DNA of 63,289 bases, the filler included, from Phoronis australis (Eukaryota > Animalia > Phoronida): assembly GCA_002633005.1 (NCBI GenBank). It is 5 parts of 5 records of this genome, joined end to end, with 100 filler letters (N's around TTAATTAATTAA, not from the genome) between each part and the next. Parts side by side here need not be neighbours in the genome. Positions count along the whole stretch, not along the records: positions 20,076 to 39,078 come from NMRA01001454.1; 4 more parts are not named here. The stretch is one strand, 5' to 3'. The notes below the pieces were generated by a model that was given only the letters and a program-made list of their open reading frames with translations, did not search any database and was not told where the DNA came from. Below are positions 23,427 through 35,600 of this stretch, piece after piece. A program made the translations under genes and the position numbers. The number at the start of each line of letters is the position of its first letter. The stretch's first letter is position 1.

Positions 23427-24185
23427 GTGAATGGATGTGGTCGATTTCCATTGTCTACTAAATATTTTGTTTCTTTTATAAAATACTGGTTCAAAATACT
23501 GGAGATGCCTAGTAATCGTGGGGTAAAAGCTGCATACGATATGCTTTTTCAGTCAGACCTGATCGGAAGATCTTCCTATAATTGGACAAGTTTTGTAAGG
23601 AAACTTCTGTCTGTGTATGTTTTTTCAGATGTATGGAGTAATAAGGGTGTGGTAAATCAAGCGTATTTGGGTTTTTGCAACGTGTCAACGACTGTTATTT
23701 GCAAGGTTGGCAATCTGATATCGAATGTAACGCAAAACCGCCTTACTATAGGCTATGTGAGGTACAAAACAATGTATCATCTTGAGAATTATCTAGAAAT
23801 GGTTGGTATCCCACGTGTTTTTATCCAGTCTCGGGCTCGACTGCGATGTTCAAATCATTCGTTACTAGTGGAAAAAGGTCGCCACACAAATATTCCCTAT
23901 GAAAACAGGTTGTGTGAGTGATGTAATTCACTTCGCGGTGTGTAGAGGACGAATACCACGTGTTAGTTTGTAGTACGTACCAATACCTTCGTTTTTGTCA
24001 TTCTCCCACGACATCTAAATTTGATTCTCTCATGAGAACTCCCGATAGCCTACTTATTAAATTCGTCCATCACGTTCTCAAGCGTCAAAGTATTATCCAC
24101 TTTGAAACGTGGCACCTAACAATGTCTTGTACATGATATACTTGGGGCTTATGGCCATGTGTATATGTCTCAATAAATCATTCTA
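23427..24185 (+). mobile_element. 5'-truncated LINE (L2/CR1/RTEX-type) ORF2 C-terminus and 3' UTR
   Basis: KYWFKILEMPSNR..KAAYDML...NWTSFVRKLL...ARLRCSNHSLLVEKGRH.NIPYENRLC...EDEYH, then AATAAA at ~24172. Confidence 0.75.
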
Positions 24186-24325
24186 AATAATGCTCAAGTC
24201 AAAGGATCCTGACGACACGATACCTGCATTCAAATTGAAATTGGAGATCGGTGATTTACAAGTGAGAGAACACGAGAGAAAAATTTCACTGAATTAAGAT
24301 ATCGTTTTTATGGGAATTATGCGTC

Positions 24326-24589
24326 TTTTTTCTCATAGCGTATAAATGTGGGTGCAATGCCCTTTGCTGAACATGCGATTGTTGCTCATTTAAGTATTCT
24401 ATTTTCACATGTGATGCCGTCAGCCACTGAGTGGTGTAGTGGTAAAGTCGGCGACTCGAAGCTCTTGAGGCTCGAGTTCGAACCCGGCCTCGGTTTCTCG
24501 CCAACTTGAAATGATATCTCACTTGTTAGATAACTATTTGGGTTATTACACGGTTGTATCTGCCATTCGACGCTACTATTGTGGTATAA
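24326..24589 (+). repeat. Dispersed repeat containing an internal tRNA-derived segment (~24423-24494)
   Basis: A-box TGGTGTAGTGG and B-box GAGTTCGAACCC; the whole 260 bp recurs inverted at 51561-51822. Confidence 0.7.
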
Positions 24590-27500
24590 CATGCTTTATT
24601 AGAGTTATATTAGGTATTCGTTGTGCAAAGGCTATTTTCGTCTCAAAAGCGAAAAAGTAAGTTATTGAAAAAACTCTATGTATTTTAATCAGATTACTTG
24701 ATCTCGTGATTTATCACTATGTAACATTGCCAAAACTTTCACATTTTCGGTCTGTGAAGGAGAATGATGTAGTCAATAATGGGCTCATTTAATGTGATGT
24801 AAAATTTTACGCACGCTAAACACCAAAAGGCGGATGGTTTTCTCTGCTGAATAACAGCCATCAAACTGGTTCTTAAAATGCGAGCACGTTATATACGATT
24901 ATTACCAAGCAGATTGCCACACTCTCCATTCAGTCATTTTGTTTTCTTTCAACAACTACCTATAAAAATTCTCCAGTTTGTGATAGGGAACAAAAAAAAT
25001 TTCCACTATGTTGAAACTTTTACGAAGTTTTAGAAATTGGCAATATGGGCCCTCCCAAGTTCAAGAATTATGATCAAAGACAAGCGACTGTACCCATTGC
25101 GTAAACTATGAGTTTATGAACTTCCAAGTCTATTTTTAGGTGCTGTGTATGATATTCGAGAAATTTGATGAAAGCTAAAATCACTCTTGTTCCACTCTTC
25201 AGAATCAAGAAAATTCAAATTTGGCCTAAAATTTGGTGTCTTAAATCTTGGAGACTGTCCCAAACTGCAGAATTTTTATGGCAGACTGATTTTGTTATGA
25301 ATTTGGTAGAATTATGACTTTTCTATTATTTAATCAAAGATTATAGCCACACGCGGTGACGTCTTTTAAAACCACTCCTTAGGTTCATGTTTGGGCTGAA
25401 ATACTTTGTTTCGATTTAATTAGACATCATAAAACAATGGATCGAATGGCCTTCACTGAGTTGTTCAACAGGAAGGTTAGTCACCAACAGTTATAAATCT
25501 GAAGTTTTCATATCAGCTTGACCTAATTGGTGGTGTGCGTGACTTGGTTAAATCTATGTTTATTAGAACTTAGTTTAGTGTTACTGATGTTTGTGTTTGA
25601 CAGTAATTCGTGATCTTCTTTTATAAATTCGTTATTACTCAAGGTCTGTGTCAATAAACTGGCTTGACTAGACTTTTTTTGTCCCCTAAGTGTGGCTCCA
25701 AGCAATGAAAAATGTCAGTTACCCACAATGAGCCTAGTAATGAGGAACATGCGGAGATAGATTCCATAATACTAAACGTTATCCTTTCTAGAAAGGTGTT
25801 GCCGAGGTTTTGTACCCTTATTACTGTTTTGCAGTCTTGTTACTTTTTGGCATTGACAGTCATTACATAGTTTTAGTATATAGGATTTTTCCAAATAGTT
25901 TTACCTATTGTCAGGGTCTATGGTGAAAGTAATTGTATTGGCAGAAAGTGTACTTTGATTTCTCCTCAGGGTTTGTTTGTGATTACCTCTTTGTGTTTAT
26001 TTTTTGTGTTAATAAAAGATAGTTTTCAAATTCATAAAATAAAGCCCTAGTTTGTTGAAATGGTACAATTATTTTCCACTAACAATGAGTGCATTCCTTC
26101 AAAACATAAATTATTCACAAAAAGGTTTGACACTGTTGTTTTAACAGTATGGAGACCTGTAGTTCTATTTATTAGTCATAATTTTTTCATTTACATTATC
26201 ATTTTAGCGAGATTATCATTTGAGCAGCACTTTGTTGTCCAGCCAGCACCTTTAGGGCTGATTTGAACATCGCCGGCACTGTGTAACTGCGAGTCACTCA
26301 ACTCTCCCGCTGTGTTCTCGCAGCAAAGGAAATTGTGAGCCTTTCTGGTTAGGAAAATTTTAAAATGTTTTATCTTTGACTGAAAGGACTTGGTACCAGC
26401 AATACCAAGGTGTGTTCAGGTTGTAGCCATTCTGTATAGTGAACGATTTACACGAGGAGCAGTCTCTTGCTCAGGACACACTATTGGGTGATCCCGCCAA
26501 TGGCCTCTAGCTCCTGTTAACGAATATTGATGCCGATAATCGCTCCACTTTCCGCCGAGTGTTGAAATGACCGCTTTCCAGCCACAAATTCATGGGATCG
26601 ACGTTGGACGCGTTATGCCAGTGACCAAAGTATTCGCTGGTTCACTACCTTTGCCAGTTACATGATATTCACTTTTCTGACCTAAGCACTTTGAGCTGTG
26701 GGATAAATCAAACTCTCAGGGACGAAGTTGCAGATTTGTTCTCGACGATAGTTTCTCCATTCTTTCTTGTTCGCGATTTGTTTCTAGACAAAGATTGCAA
26801 AGTCTTTCGCTGTAACACCATTTGCACTGCTGTCGATTAGCCCGATGGCATTCGTGTAGAATACGCATACGATCATTCTCAATAGCTAATCACCGCCAGC
26901 AAGCAGAATCGTTCCTTAAATTGATTAATGATGGACGTGTCATAGTGTGGTCAGATATACAGTTTAAAGTCATGTTTTACTTTTTTTGATGTCCACTGAA
27001 GCGCTGCTCAAAATGTTTACAAACCAAATGTGATCCACGGCTTACAACACTGCTAGTATTTATGGTGTACAACAGGTTCTAGAGTCTACTGTAATATCTA
27101 CCGTGTATTTGCCGAGGTTATAAATTTTCTATTCAAATTATCGCCCGTCATTCATTGATCGTGAACCACCCCCCGCACAATACTGGCTACGGGCCTGCTG
27201 GCAGTCCCTGATTTACAGAGGAAACTGTCATTGTCAAGGTATACTTTTGATGTCTGGCTGTGGTAACAGAAAATTATTATGAATCTGACAATTTCAATTA
27301 CCGGGCTTTTAATTCCATGGGAGGAATCTGATCTCCGGGAAGGAAATGAAAATTGAAGCATTTTCAGCGAACGTGTGGAATTTAAGTGTTGGTATGCAGA
27401 TTTGTACCGTGGCTCTGGGTTTGGTCGGCATTCACTGTTGGTCATAACAGTCCCTGATTTAGAGAATAAGGCAACCACTGAAGAACAGGCCTATTATTCA

Positions 27501-27747
27501 GTGGATGAAGCTCGGGTTCTCTACCGCTGTATCTGACCAGTGAACTGAGTTTGGTCAATTTCGTCTTACTCTTAGTCATTAGTCTCATCCATTGATTTTG
27601 TAGCACTATGAAAGAGTGTAGGACTGAGCGGAACTCACTTCATTTTCATTAAAAATGAGCAAAAGTTTGATTGATAAATTAACCCCAAGTTCTAAATAAA
27701 CCTTGTTTGAGCGAGCGCTGTGGCCAGGGACCAGGTAGGCCTAAGGG

Positions 27748-27827
27748 TAGCCTTGGCGCAAAGCTGTATTCTAACAAGCTGTATTTTGACGCCTTGGTCT
27801 TCATACTGCTAGCTGGCAGGCCAGCTA
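27748..27827 (-). mobile_element. 80-bp mini derivative of family A (both termini only)
   Basis: TAGCCTTGGCGCAAAGCTGTAT (3' end, reverse complement) fused to AGCTGTATTTTGACG..GTCTTCATAC..CTAGCTGGC..GCTA (5' end, reverse complement); flanked by GCCTAAGGG / ACCTAAGGG. Confidence 0.7.
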
Positions 27828-28517
27828 ACCTAAGGGCTGCCGCGGCATCGTGACACAGGACTATATATATATTTAGTACCAAGGCTAAGGACTAACCAGC
27901 TCGTAATGTTATGCAAGTGTCTGAAACTACTTTCGTATGCATACGGCATTTATGATTTGAACTTTTACTTCTACAAAACAGCTTGCCTTTACCGTTCGCC
28001 AGTGTCTGCAGTGGTCTCGGTCCGCACCGGGCTGCGGGCCCGAGTCCGGCAAAATAATTTCACGAAAGAATATTGTTTTCTGAGAGCAGCCGTATGCTTG
28101 CAATTTACAAAATTAATAACTCATGGTGGAGTAATCAAAAGCCTTCAACAAATCAATTAGAAAACAACCTGCAAACATATTCTGATAGATAGTGGACCTC
28201 AAGTCTTCAGAAAGGACATTTGGAAACGCTCAAAAAGGAACTTCCGTCAGTGAAAAAATTGCATAGACAAACGGCGATGAACCCAACACACCGGCGCACA
28301 CACAATAAAGCACACGCACACGATTAGCTGCAATATAGTGAGTAACCTAATTTCGGTATTTTGATCTAAGTCATTTCACTATTTAATTATTTTTGTGCTT
28401 TTGTCGGCAGCCAAGGGGGGGGGGGGGGGNNNNCAGGACCGCAGCCCCGTCCATAACGTTTATATAACGTCTTTCTCGATCAGTAGCATCGTACTCTCTG
28501 GGGAGTTTGAGGGCACC

Positions 28518-29276
28518 TAGCCAGCCAGCTAGCTGTATGAAGACTGTCGTCAAAATACAGCTATATAGGTCCCACTGCGTGTATTTCTTCCGTAGACAGC
28601 GAAATTGCACACAGCCAAGGTAGTTCTGCTCGTCACCGCGCCATGAAACTTGTATCAACATGTAAAGCTTATGACCGGACGGTGTGCAAGCAAAATCTGG
28701 GAGTCAACCGACACTCACCTTGCCCGTTACAGCCGTTTAAGCGAAAAACAATGCAATAAACTTCATTTTCCTGCGTAACTCTCTGCCTTTTCTAACAATG
28801 AAAAGTATTTCGTCGTTTTGAAAACAGTACGCTCGTGTCACGCGCACGCGCCATTTCCTAAATTTTTGCGACATATCTCTCGGGAGCAACAAAATTTCTT
28901 CTGAAATTCGATTTTTCGGTACCAAAATTCTAAAAACTTTTAATGAGGTGAAACCAGTTCTGATAATTTGTTGTGACGTGTACGCAACCTAGTGAAAGAA
29001 CGACAGTTGATTGAAGAATCGGCGAAAAAAGAAACTGGCCAATAGGTGACGCAACATTTCATGGCGCCGAAAGCGGTCGCTAAAGATCGCTCCACAACTT
29101 TAGCAGCAGAATAACGGTAGAACGCCATTTTTGCCAACACCGTCGAATAATTTAAATTACTCAAGGAAGACTGTAGTTTTTAATGACGCTAATTTTGTGT
29201 CAGATTTTATCTTACCACTTTTTTACCTGCATCGGTGCAAAGCTGTATATTTATATACAGCTTTGTACCAAGGTTA
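28518..29276 (+). mobile_element. Full-length family A non-autonomous DNA transposon with perfect 9-bp TSD (AcademH-like)
   Basis: GAGGGCACC|TAGCCAGCC...CTTTGTACCAAGGTTA|GAGGGCACC; subterminal hairpin GGTGCAAAGCTGTATA-TTTA-TATACAGCTTTGTACC. Confidence 0.85.
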
Positions 29277-29660
29277 GAGGGCACCCTGCAACAACTAGTC
29301 TGCGTTTGGGCCAGTGTTGGCGAAAAACTTGGAAATTTGAAAACGGTCAATCATAGTCGATCTAAAGTGGCATCCGTCGATTATGCACAACGCGGTGTCT
29401 TCCTCAGACCTCGTTGGAGAAATGAAAACCGGTTTAGATAAGGTTTAAACTCGTGTTAAGCAAGGTTTTTCTAGACTGTATCTGGTCCGCAAAAGTTAAA
29501 CCAATTTATTATATGAAATGCAGATTCAGTACCTTTAAACGTGGTCCAAGTCCAATTTCAGCCATGTTAACTTGAAACCACCTTCGTGAAATCGGCTGTA
29601 ACGGAACGAACCCGAACGCTTATCCCATTTGGTTGCGTAATGCGTATTAACGAAAAGCTC

Positions 29661-29842
29661 TAGTCTCCTGCATAACCTGGTTCCCGGGCCTCACAAGCTG
29701 ACGTCACGGATTGCTTGTGAAGGCCCCAACCAACCTCGAGGGTCTGTGCAGGAGACTAGTCTCCTGCACAGACCCTCGAGGTTGGTTGGGGCCTTCACAA
29801 GTTATCCGTGACGTCATATTGTGAGGCCCGGGAACCAGGTTA
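29661..29842. mobile_element. Two nested, oppositely oriented copies of an 86-bp MITE, each with a 10-bp TSD
   Basis: Outer TSD CGAAAAGCTC (29651-29660 / 29843-29852). Inner copy 29673-29758 is flanked by GTCTCCTGCA (29663-29672 / 29759-29768). Confidence 0.85.
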
Positions 29843-30289
29843 CGAAAAGCTCCGGCATTTCTGGATTGCAAGGAAAAAGTTATTACGAGCTATTTTTAAA
29901 CTAAAGAGGTCGCTATTACGTGCGGTAAGTTTCCCATTTTTGCTTAGCTCTCACGCCTTTGTCTCGATCATTCTCATGGTAGCCGTCTGTATATCCATCT
30001 GCATTGTACTCGACTTGTAAATTGGTGAATTGTAAAATAATCTGATATTCATGACCGTCGGACGATCAAAATATGCTTGCAGAAAGACTGGCTAGACTCT
30101 GGCTAGATTTTAGTTATGTCCTAGCGCTACTGAACGCACGCCAGGTCTGGCCCCAAACATTCTGTCGGAATCTATGGATGTCAACCAACTAGATGGGTGT
30201 ACACCTTACTTGGATGACAACCAACAAGCACACACCACCTTGCGATTGGTTGACATGCAACATCAAATACTTGCCCCAGTACGTTGGTG

Positions 30290-31515
30290 GCCGGGATACA
30301 GTCCCTAGTCGTGTCCCGGGTACTCTGTGAAAACTCCCCAGACAGCGGTCCTCAGGGTCAAGTCCGGCAGCTTGCGGGGTCTGCGATGTCGAGGCCGGAG
30401 CGCTGCAGGCCGGTCTGTCCCCTGCATTAGTAAATGAGCAAAACTTTCTAAGTTCCGAGAAAATGTGTCGATTATTGGCCATTTGTGTCGGTTTCAGAAA
30501 CGTTGCTTTGAAAAATTTCCTAAGTCCAACGAAATGTGTCGATTATTGGCCATTTGTGTCGCTTTCTCAAAGGTGCTTTGAAAATATAACAAAGGTAAGC
30601 ATACAGCGGGCTATTGGCAGGCCGGGATACAGTCCCTAGTCGTGTCCCGGGTACTCTGTGAAAACTCTCCAGACGGCGGTCCACGGGGTCAAGTCCGGCA
30701 TGCGGGGTCTGCAGTGCCGCGAGGCCGGAGCGCTGCAGGCCGATCTGTCCCCTGCGTAAATGTGCAAAATTTTCTATATTCCGACTCGGAGAAAATGTGT
30801 CGATTATTGGTCATTTGTGTCGGTTTCAGAAACGTTGCTTTGAAAAATTTCCCAAGTCCAACGAAATGTGTCGATTATTGGCCATTTGTCACTTTGTCGC
30901 TTTCTCAAAGGTGCTTTGAAAATGTAACAAAGGTAAGCATACAGGGGGTCGATGGTCAGGCCGGCGAGATACAGTCCCTAGTCGTGTCCCGGGTATCTGT
31001 GAAAACTCCCCAGATGGCGGTCCACGGTGTGAAGTCCGGCGGCTTGCGGGGACTGCGGTGCCGATGCCGGAGCGCTGCAGCCCGGTCTGTCCCCTGCGTA
31101 AATGTGCAAAATTTACTATGTTCCGAGAAAATGTGCCGATTATTGGCCATTTGTGTCGGTTTCAGAAACGTTGCTTTGAAAAATTTCCNNNNNNNNNNNN
31201 NNNNNNNNNNNNNNNNNNNNNNNNNNNNNNNNNNNNNNNNNNNNNNNNNNNNNNNNNNNNNNNNNNNNNNNNNNNNNNNNNNNNNNNNNNNNNNNNNNNN
31301 NNNNNNNNNNNNNNNNNNNNNNNNNNNNNNNNNNNNNNNNNNNNNNNNNNNNNNNNNNNNNNNNNNNNNNNNNNNNNNNNNNNNNNNNNNNNNNNNNNNN
31401 NNNNNNNNNNNGCGGGTCTGTCGCCTGCGTATGTGCAAAATTTTCTAAGTCCCAAGAAATGTGTCGATTATTGGCCATTTGTGTCGCTTTCAGAAACGTT
31501 GGGTTGAAAAATTTT
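30290..31515. repeat. ~335-bp tandem repeat (at least 3 copies, with internal ~70-bp subrepeat), interrupted by a gap
   Basis: GATACAGTCCCTAGTCGTGTCCCGGGTA at ~30295, 30626 and 30968; AATGTGTCGATTATTGGCCATTTGTGTC twice per unit. Confidence 0.9.
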
Positions 31516-31839
31516 GCGAGTACAAAGAAATGTGTATATGACTATCGGCGCCGGAGCGCGGAATCACGGTAGCCGTCGGGTCAGAGCCTGGCCATTGGAA
31601 GACAGGGGTGCACGTCCGTACTGGGCAGTTGAAGACAGGGGGCGCTCCGGGGTACGTTCTCTTTGGCGGAGCGGAGCCGGGACAGATTTGAGGTTTGCGG
31701 ACTTTAGTTTCTCCGGGCATGATTAGGAAGTTTCCGCGGGTTTTGATCGCGAAACGAAATGTGTCCATTTCACCCTCATTAATCGACACATTTTAAAATG
31801 CGCGTTTTCACTATACCCTATATCGTGCCGCCACTGTTG

Positions 31840-32420
31840 TAGTTGGTTGACATCTAACATCCAATAGCTGCCCCACCTGGTGGTCAAAATATGAAGCTAT
31901 ACAATAGGAAAGATAGTTTGTTAGTTGGTTGACATCCAACATCCAATAGCTGCTCCACCTGGTGGTCAAACGATCACTGGCAGATACAGGTAACGGATGA
32001 AGTTAGTTGGTTGACATCCAACATCCAATAGCTGCTCTATCTGGTGGTCAAACGATCACTGGTAGATACAGGTAAGATGCAGTTAGTTGTTTGACATCCA
32101 ACATCCAATAGCTGCTCCAACTGGTGGTCAAACGATCACTGGCTGATACAGCTAAGGTTTAATTAGTTGGTTGACATCTAACATCCAATAGCTGCCCCAC
32201 CTGGTGGTGAAAATATGAAGCTATACAATAGGAATGATTTTTAGTTGGTTGTCATCCATCATCCAATAGCTGCTTCACCTAGTGGTCAAACGATCACTGG
32301 CAGATACAGGTAAGATGTGGTTAGTTGGTTGATATCCAACATCCAATAGCTGCTCCACCTGGTGGTCAAACGATCATTGGCAGATACATGTAAGATGTAG
32401 TTAGTTGGTTGACATCCAAC
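31840..32420 (+). repeat. ~80-bp tandem array (7-8 units)
   Basis: Unit core TAGTTGGTTGACATCCAACATCCAATAGCTGCTCCACCTGGTGGTCAAA. Confidence 0.9.
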
Positions 32421-33214
32421 TGTGAACACACTGATACCAAGGAAACAGCAGTGACAAAAGATTAAAGTGAATTCTTAGACAAGTTAACAACAAATACAGA
32501 TCTTTTATAAAACTGGATGGAGACTGCGGTGAAATAAAATATGTTGTTATAAAATTGGTGCATATATATTAGTGCACAAAGAATGGCTTCAGAAAAAACA
32601 TGTCACAAAAACAGAGCATTTGATTATTGAATTTTGAGGCGCTTCCTGCGTTCGCAGTTGAATTGTACATACATAATTTTGAACTTGAAGCGTTTATTAA
32701 TGCGCACGACATGGCTTAGGAAAAACATGTCAAGATATGGAGACAATTTGATTTTTGAATTTTCTAATGTCACTCATGGTAAGTGCAGTAGCTGTTGACT
32801 TGTACACCTACATACCCTATATTTATATGTGCACAACAATTAAACATTCTGCTATTCACAGACATTTTCTTCTTGATTTGATCAGCGCTGTTTACAGGGA
32901 CTGTCAGTTGTCTGAACTCAGATCCTACGTCATCTACTAAATAACGGGCATTTTTTGTAATTTGTTACCGAGAGAAAGTTTGGCTACCACCACCGCATCT
33001 ACTAAATAACGGGCATACTCTGTGTTTATGACTATATTTGAGGCAACGGACAGGTGTACTTGGGCCCCATCAACTAAATAACGGGCATACTGCCTGTAAG
33101 TGACTATGTTGATGCAATTGGTTCACATCCAATTAAACTAATTACCCCCTGCTGTGGCCGAGACATCATCCAAACTCCACCCCATTTGCTATCTCCTTTT
33201 GCACCGTCTTGACG

Positions 33215-33775
33215 TTTGTCAACCAGGTGGGGCAGCTAGGATGTTGGATGTCAACCAACTAACCAGCTATCTGCCCCTTTGGATAGCTTTAATATATGAC
33301 CACCAGGTGGGGAAGCTATTGGATGCTGGATGTCAACTAACTAACCAGGTGACTCTAATTTTGGATAGCTTTAATATTTGACCACCAGGTGGGGCACCTA
33401 TTGGATGTTGGATGTCAACCAACTAACCAGCCTCCCGTTCAGTAACGCTAGGACCTCGCTAAAAAGTAAGACTTCGCGAGATTACGTGAGATATTGCCGT
33501 GTATTTTAAATGAGAACACGTGACCTTGGCTAGACTTTGGCTAGGTCCTAGCGTAGGTCCTAACGTCTACTGAAAGCACGCCAGCTATCTCTCTTCATCT
33601 GTGGATAGCTTGACTATTTGACCACTAGGTGGGGCAGCTATTAGATGTTAGATGTCAACCAACTAAACCAGCTATCAGTACCTTTGGATAACTTTAATAT
33701 TTGACCATCAGGTGGGGCAGTCAACTAACCAAGTATTTCTAGGAATAGTTTTACAATTTGACCACAAGGTGTCGA
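33215..33775 (-). repeat. Inverted array of the same ~80-bp unit, interrupted by a MITE (~33428-33584)
   Basis: TTGACCACCAGGTGGGGCAGCTATTGGATGTTGGATGTCAACCAACTA repeated. The MITE end CTACTGAAAGCACGCCAG also occurs at ~30127-30144 and ~59384-59403. Confidence 0.8.
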
Positions 33776-34744
33776 CAGTAGTAACGTGTACACCTAGCTA
33801 GATTGACATCCATTCAAGATTCTGACATGTGACCGAAACATTATGGCGTTTTCCCGTTGCTCCCAACTTGTTCGATTCTATAGCCCAACAACAAGTTGGG
33901 AAGTTTACCCCTGTAGCCAATATCTTACACGACTGATAAACTCCATTCTGGCATTAATGGTTAGAGGGCCAGCTCCCTTTTGTTCGATTAGCTCTAACGT
34001 ATCTACCCTGACTGGGCTGTGCTGTTAAAAAAGTTAAGTCAGTGGCGGATTTATAGGGGGGCCAAGGGGGCCATGCCCCCCCCCTAAAATTCTCCCATAT
34101 CAAATTTGGTAACTCGGGGTGCATGTGTCTGACGGGANNNNNNNNNNNNNNNNNNNNNNNNNNNNNNNNNNNNNNNNNNNNNNNNNNNNNNNNNNNNNNN
34201 NNNNNNNNNNNNNNNNNNNNNNNNNNNNNNNNNNNNNNNNNNNNNNNNNNNNNNNNNNNNNNNNNNNNNNNNNNNNNNNNNNNNNNNNNNNNNNNNNNNN
34301 NNNNNNNNNNNNNNNNNNNNNNNNNNNNNNNNNNNNNNNNNNNNNNNNNNNNNNNNNNNNNNNNNNNNNNNNNNNNNNNNNNNNNNNNNNNNNNNNNNNN
34401 NNNNNNNNNNNNNNNNNNNNNNNNNNNNNNNNNNNNNNNNNNNNNNNNNNNNNNNNNNNNNNNNNNNNNNNNNNNNNNNNNNNNNNNNNNNNNNNNNNNN
34501 NNNNNNNNNNNNNNNNNNNNNNNNNNNNNNNNNNNNNNNNNNNNNNNNNNNNNNNNNNNNNNNNNNNNNNNNNNNNNNNNNNNNNNNNNNNNNNNNNNNN
34601 NNNNNNNNNNNNNNNNNNNNNNNNNNNNNNNNNNNNNNNNNNNNNNNNNNNNNNNNNNNNNNNNNNNNNNNNNNNNNNNNNNNNNNNNNNNNNNNNNNNN
34701 NNNNNNNNNNNNNNNNNNNNNNNNNNNNNNNNNNNNNNNNNNNG

Positions 34745-35600
34745 CGTCTTGTAAAGTCCAAGAATAACAATATCGTAAGACAGACAGTTGGGAAGCTGAA
34801 TGCCACACTTTTGAAGTAGCTTTCCGAATTCCTTCCAGAAATCTTGTACAAAGCTACATTCCCAAAAAAGGTGTGACAGCGTCTCTGGAGCTTTATTACA
34901 AAAGGAACATAGATCAGAATCCCTAACACATATTTTGACTAAAAAGGTATTTGTTGCAATAATTCTATGTAGTATTCTAAATTGGAACCATCTAATATGG
35001 GGATCCTTTGTAATTTTGTAAGGTAAAGCATATATTTTCTTCCAATCTAAACTATCTCTTAGCTCTATTTCCCATTTACACTCTGACTATTAACGTTATT
35101 AAATACTGAACAAATATGTCTACAACCCTTCAAATCTTTCCGTAAGTGAGTAATTGCAAAAGGCATGCAAGGAGAGTAGACATTAACACTTTTAAATTTG
35201 ACTTTTTTGAAACCTTCTTAGAACAGAAACAACACCATTATATTCTACAAAGTTGGTTTTCACGTCGAACCTATTTTTCATATTGTTTAGACTAACAAAA
35301 TCACCATCAGAGGTATACATATCTCTAATAAATCTTAAGACTTTTACAAACCAAGGCTTATAAAAAACACCTGTGCCTCCGATCGCCAAGTTACTATTAA
35401 ACCACAAAGGTTGATTCAAAAAGTCCTCTTTACTTGCAACAATTATTTTCTTGTAGAAATATAACATACTTCCAAATACGTCGCGCCAGTAGGAATTACC
35501 AATTAGAGTTAACGTTAGTTTTTCATAAGCTCATTCATTCACACATTCCGATGAGAAAACAAACCAGTTTCCTATCTTAAGAGTGTAGAGCACTTCAGAC
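34745..35600 (-). mobile_element. Decayed Tx1/L1-clade LINE ORF2 C-terminal fragment
   Basis: EDFLNQPLWFNSNLAIGG..VFYKPW.....FIRDMY...G.FVS...MKNRFDVKTNFVEYNGVVS, followed (frameshifted) by a zinc-binding CSFCNKAPETLSHLFWEC-like motif near 34850-34910. Confidence 0.7.

Larger units (their letters stand above)
30163..33827. mobile_element. ~3.7-kb foldback-like element with ~48-bp TIRs and internal tandem arrays
   Basis: TGTCGGAATCTATGGATGTCAACCAACTAGATGGGTGTACACCTTACT versus reverse complement of AGTAACGTGTACACCTAGCTAGATTGACATCCATTCAAGATTCTGACA. No coding capacity and no TSD seen. Confidence 0.6.

Noticed and set aside
24423-24494. Functional tRNA gene
   Set aside because: Acceptor and anticodon stems pair poorly and the second copy has a mutated B-box; treated as repeat-borne.
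30642-31507. 268-aa and overlapping ORFs
   Set aside because: Translations of the ~335-bp tandem repeat and a gap; no recognisable domain.
31840-32420. Repeat-spacer-like pattern (conserved ~50 bp plus variable ~30 bp)
   Set aside because: The 'spacers' are only two related variants that recur, i.e. a diverging tandem repeat, not acquired spacers.
33954-34929. 200-280 aa ORFs in the track
   Set aside because: Mostly X residues from the N gap.
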